Source: Macrostomum lignano (lineage: Eukaryota). Taken from it: a DNA stretch of 33,010 nt. Within the stretch, counting starts at the first letter, position 1. Each line of letters starts with the position of its first letter. A program made the translations under genes and the position numbers. The stretch spans positions 1-33,010 of the forward strand of contig NIVC01003491.1 of assembly GCA_002269645.1 (NCBI GenBank). Reading direction: 5' to 3'. Shown one piece after another: positions 32,857-33,010 of this stretch. The notes under the pieces are model-generated. The model searched no databases. It worked only from the letters and a program-made list of their open reading frames with translations, and was not told where the DNA came from.

Positions 32857-33010
32857 CTGGAAGCGAAACGAAAGTCAACTTTGGAAATGAAGAAATTGTG
32901 TTGCAAACTCGGATAATGCAAAAATGGATGCTCACCCAAATTTTGGCATCGCCTTTTGTGCCGCCTCGACCGCGACAAACTTTTTCGACGAATTGGATTC
33001 TGGGATATTA

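Noticed and set aside
32311-32890. Poly-Leu/Tyr/Thr ORFs
   Set aside because: Translations of the (CTA)n microsatellite.

Overview
Eukaryotic (metazoan) genomic DNA, not prokaryotic: it has short GT-AG introns, AATAAA signals and TATA-like boxes, and roughly 44% of the window is tandem repeat. A flatworm such as Macrostomum is my best guess, from recalled similarity of the EF-hand proteins to schistosome SME16; this is unverified. Left to right: an 8.2-kb, very homogeneous 118-bp satellite; a 1.7-kb 19-bp minisatellite; a 5'-truncated Penelope-like retroelement (GIY-YIG endonuclease plus a minimal type I hammerhead ribozyme, with an 8-bp target-site duplication) inserted in a 15-bp minisatellite; and a two-exon TRPM-like channel gene (~756 aa) that lacks the usual N-terminal MHR1-3 region. 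These are followed by a head-to-tail duplication of a [26-bp minisatellite + tRNA-Arg(TCT)] cassette, and three paralogous 4-EF-hand calcium-binding genes with identical intron phases (a third identical tRNA-Arg lies between two of them). The right end holds a 2.1-kb (GTCT)n array and the 3' part of a minus-strand multi-exon gene of unknown function, which carries a tRNA-derived CORE-like SINE and a (TAC)n tract in its introns. Most long ORFs in the supplied track are artefacts of stop-free repeats. All analysis was by eye; no searches were run.
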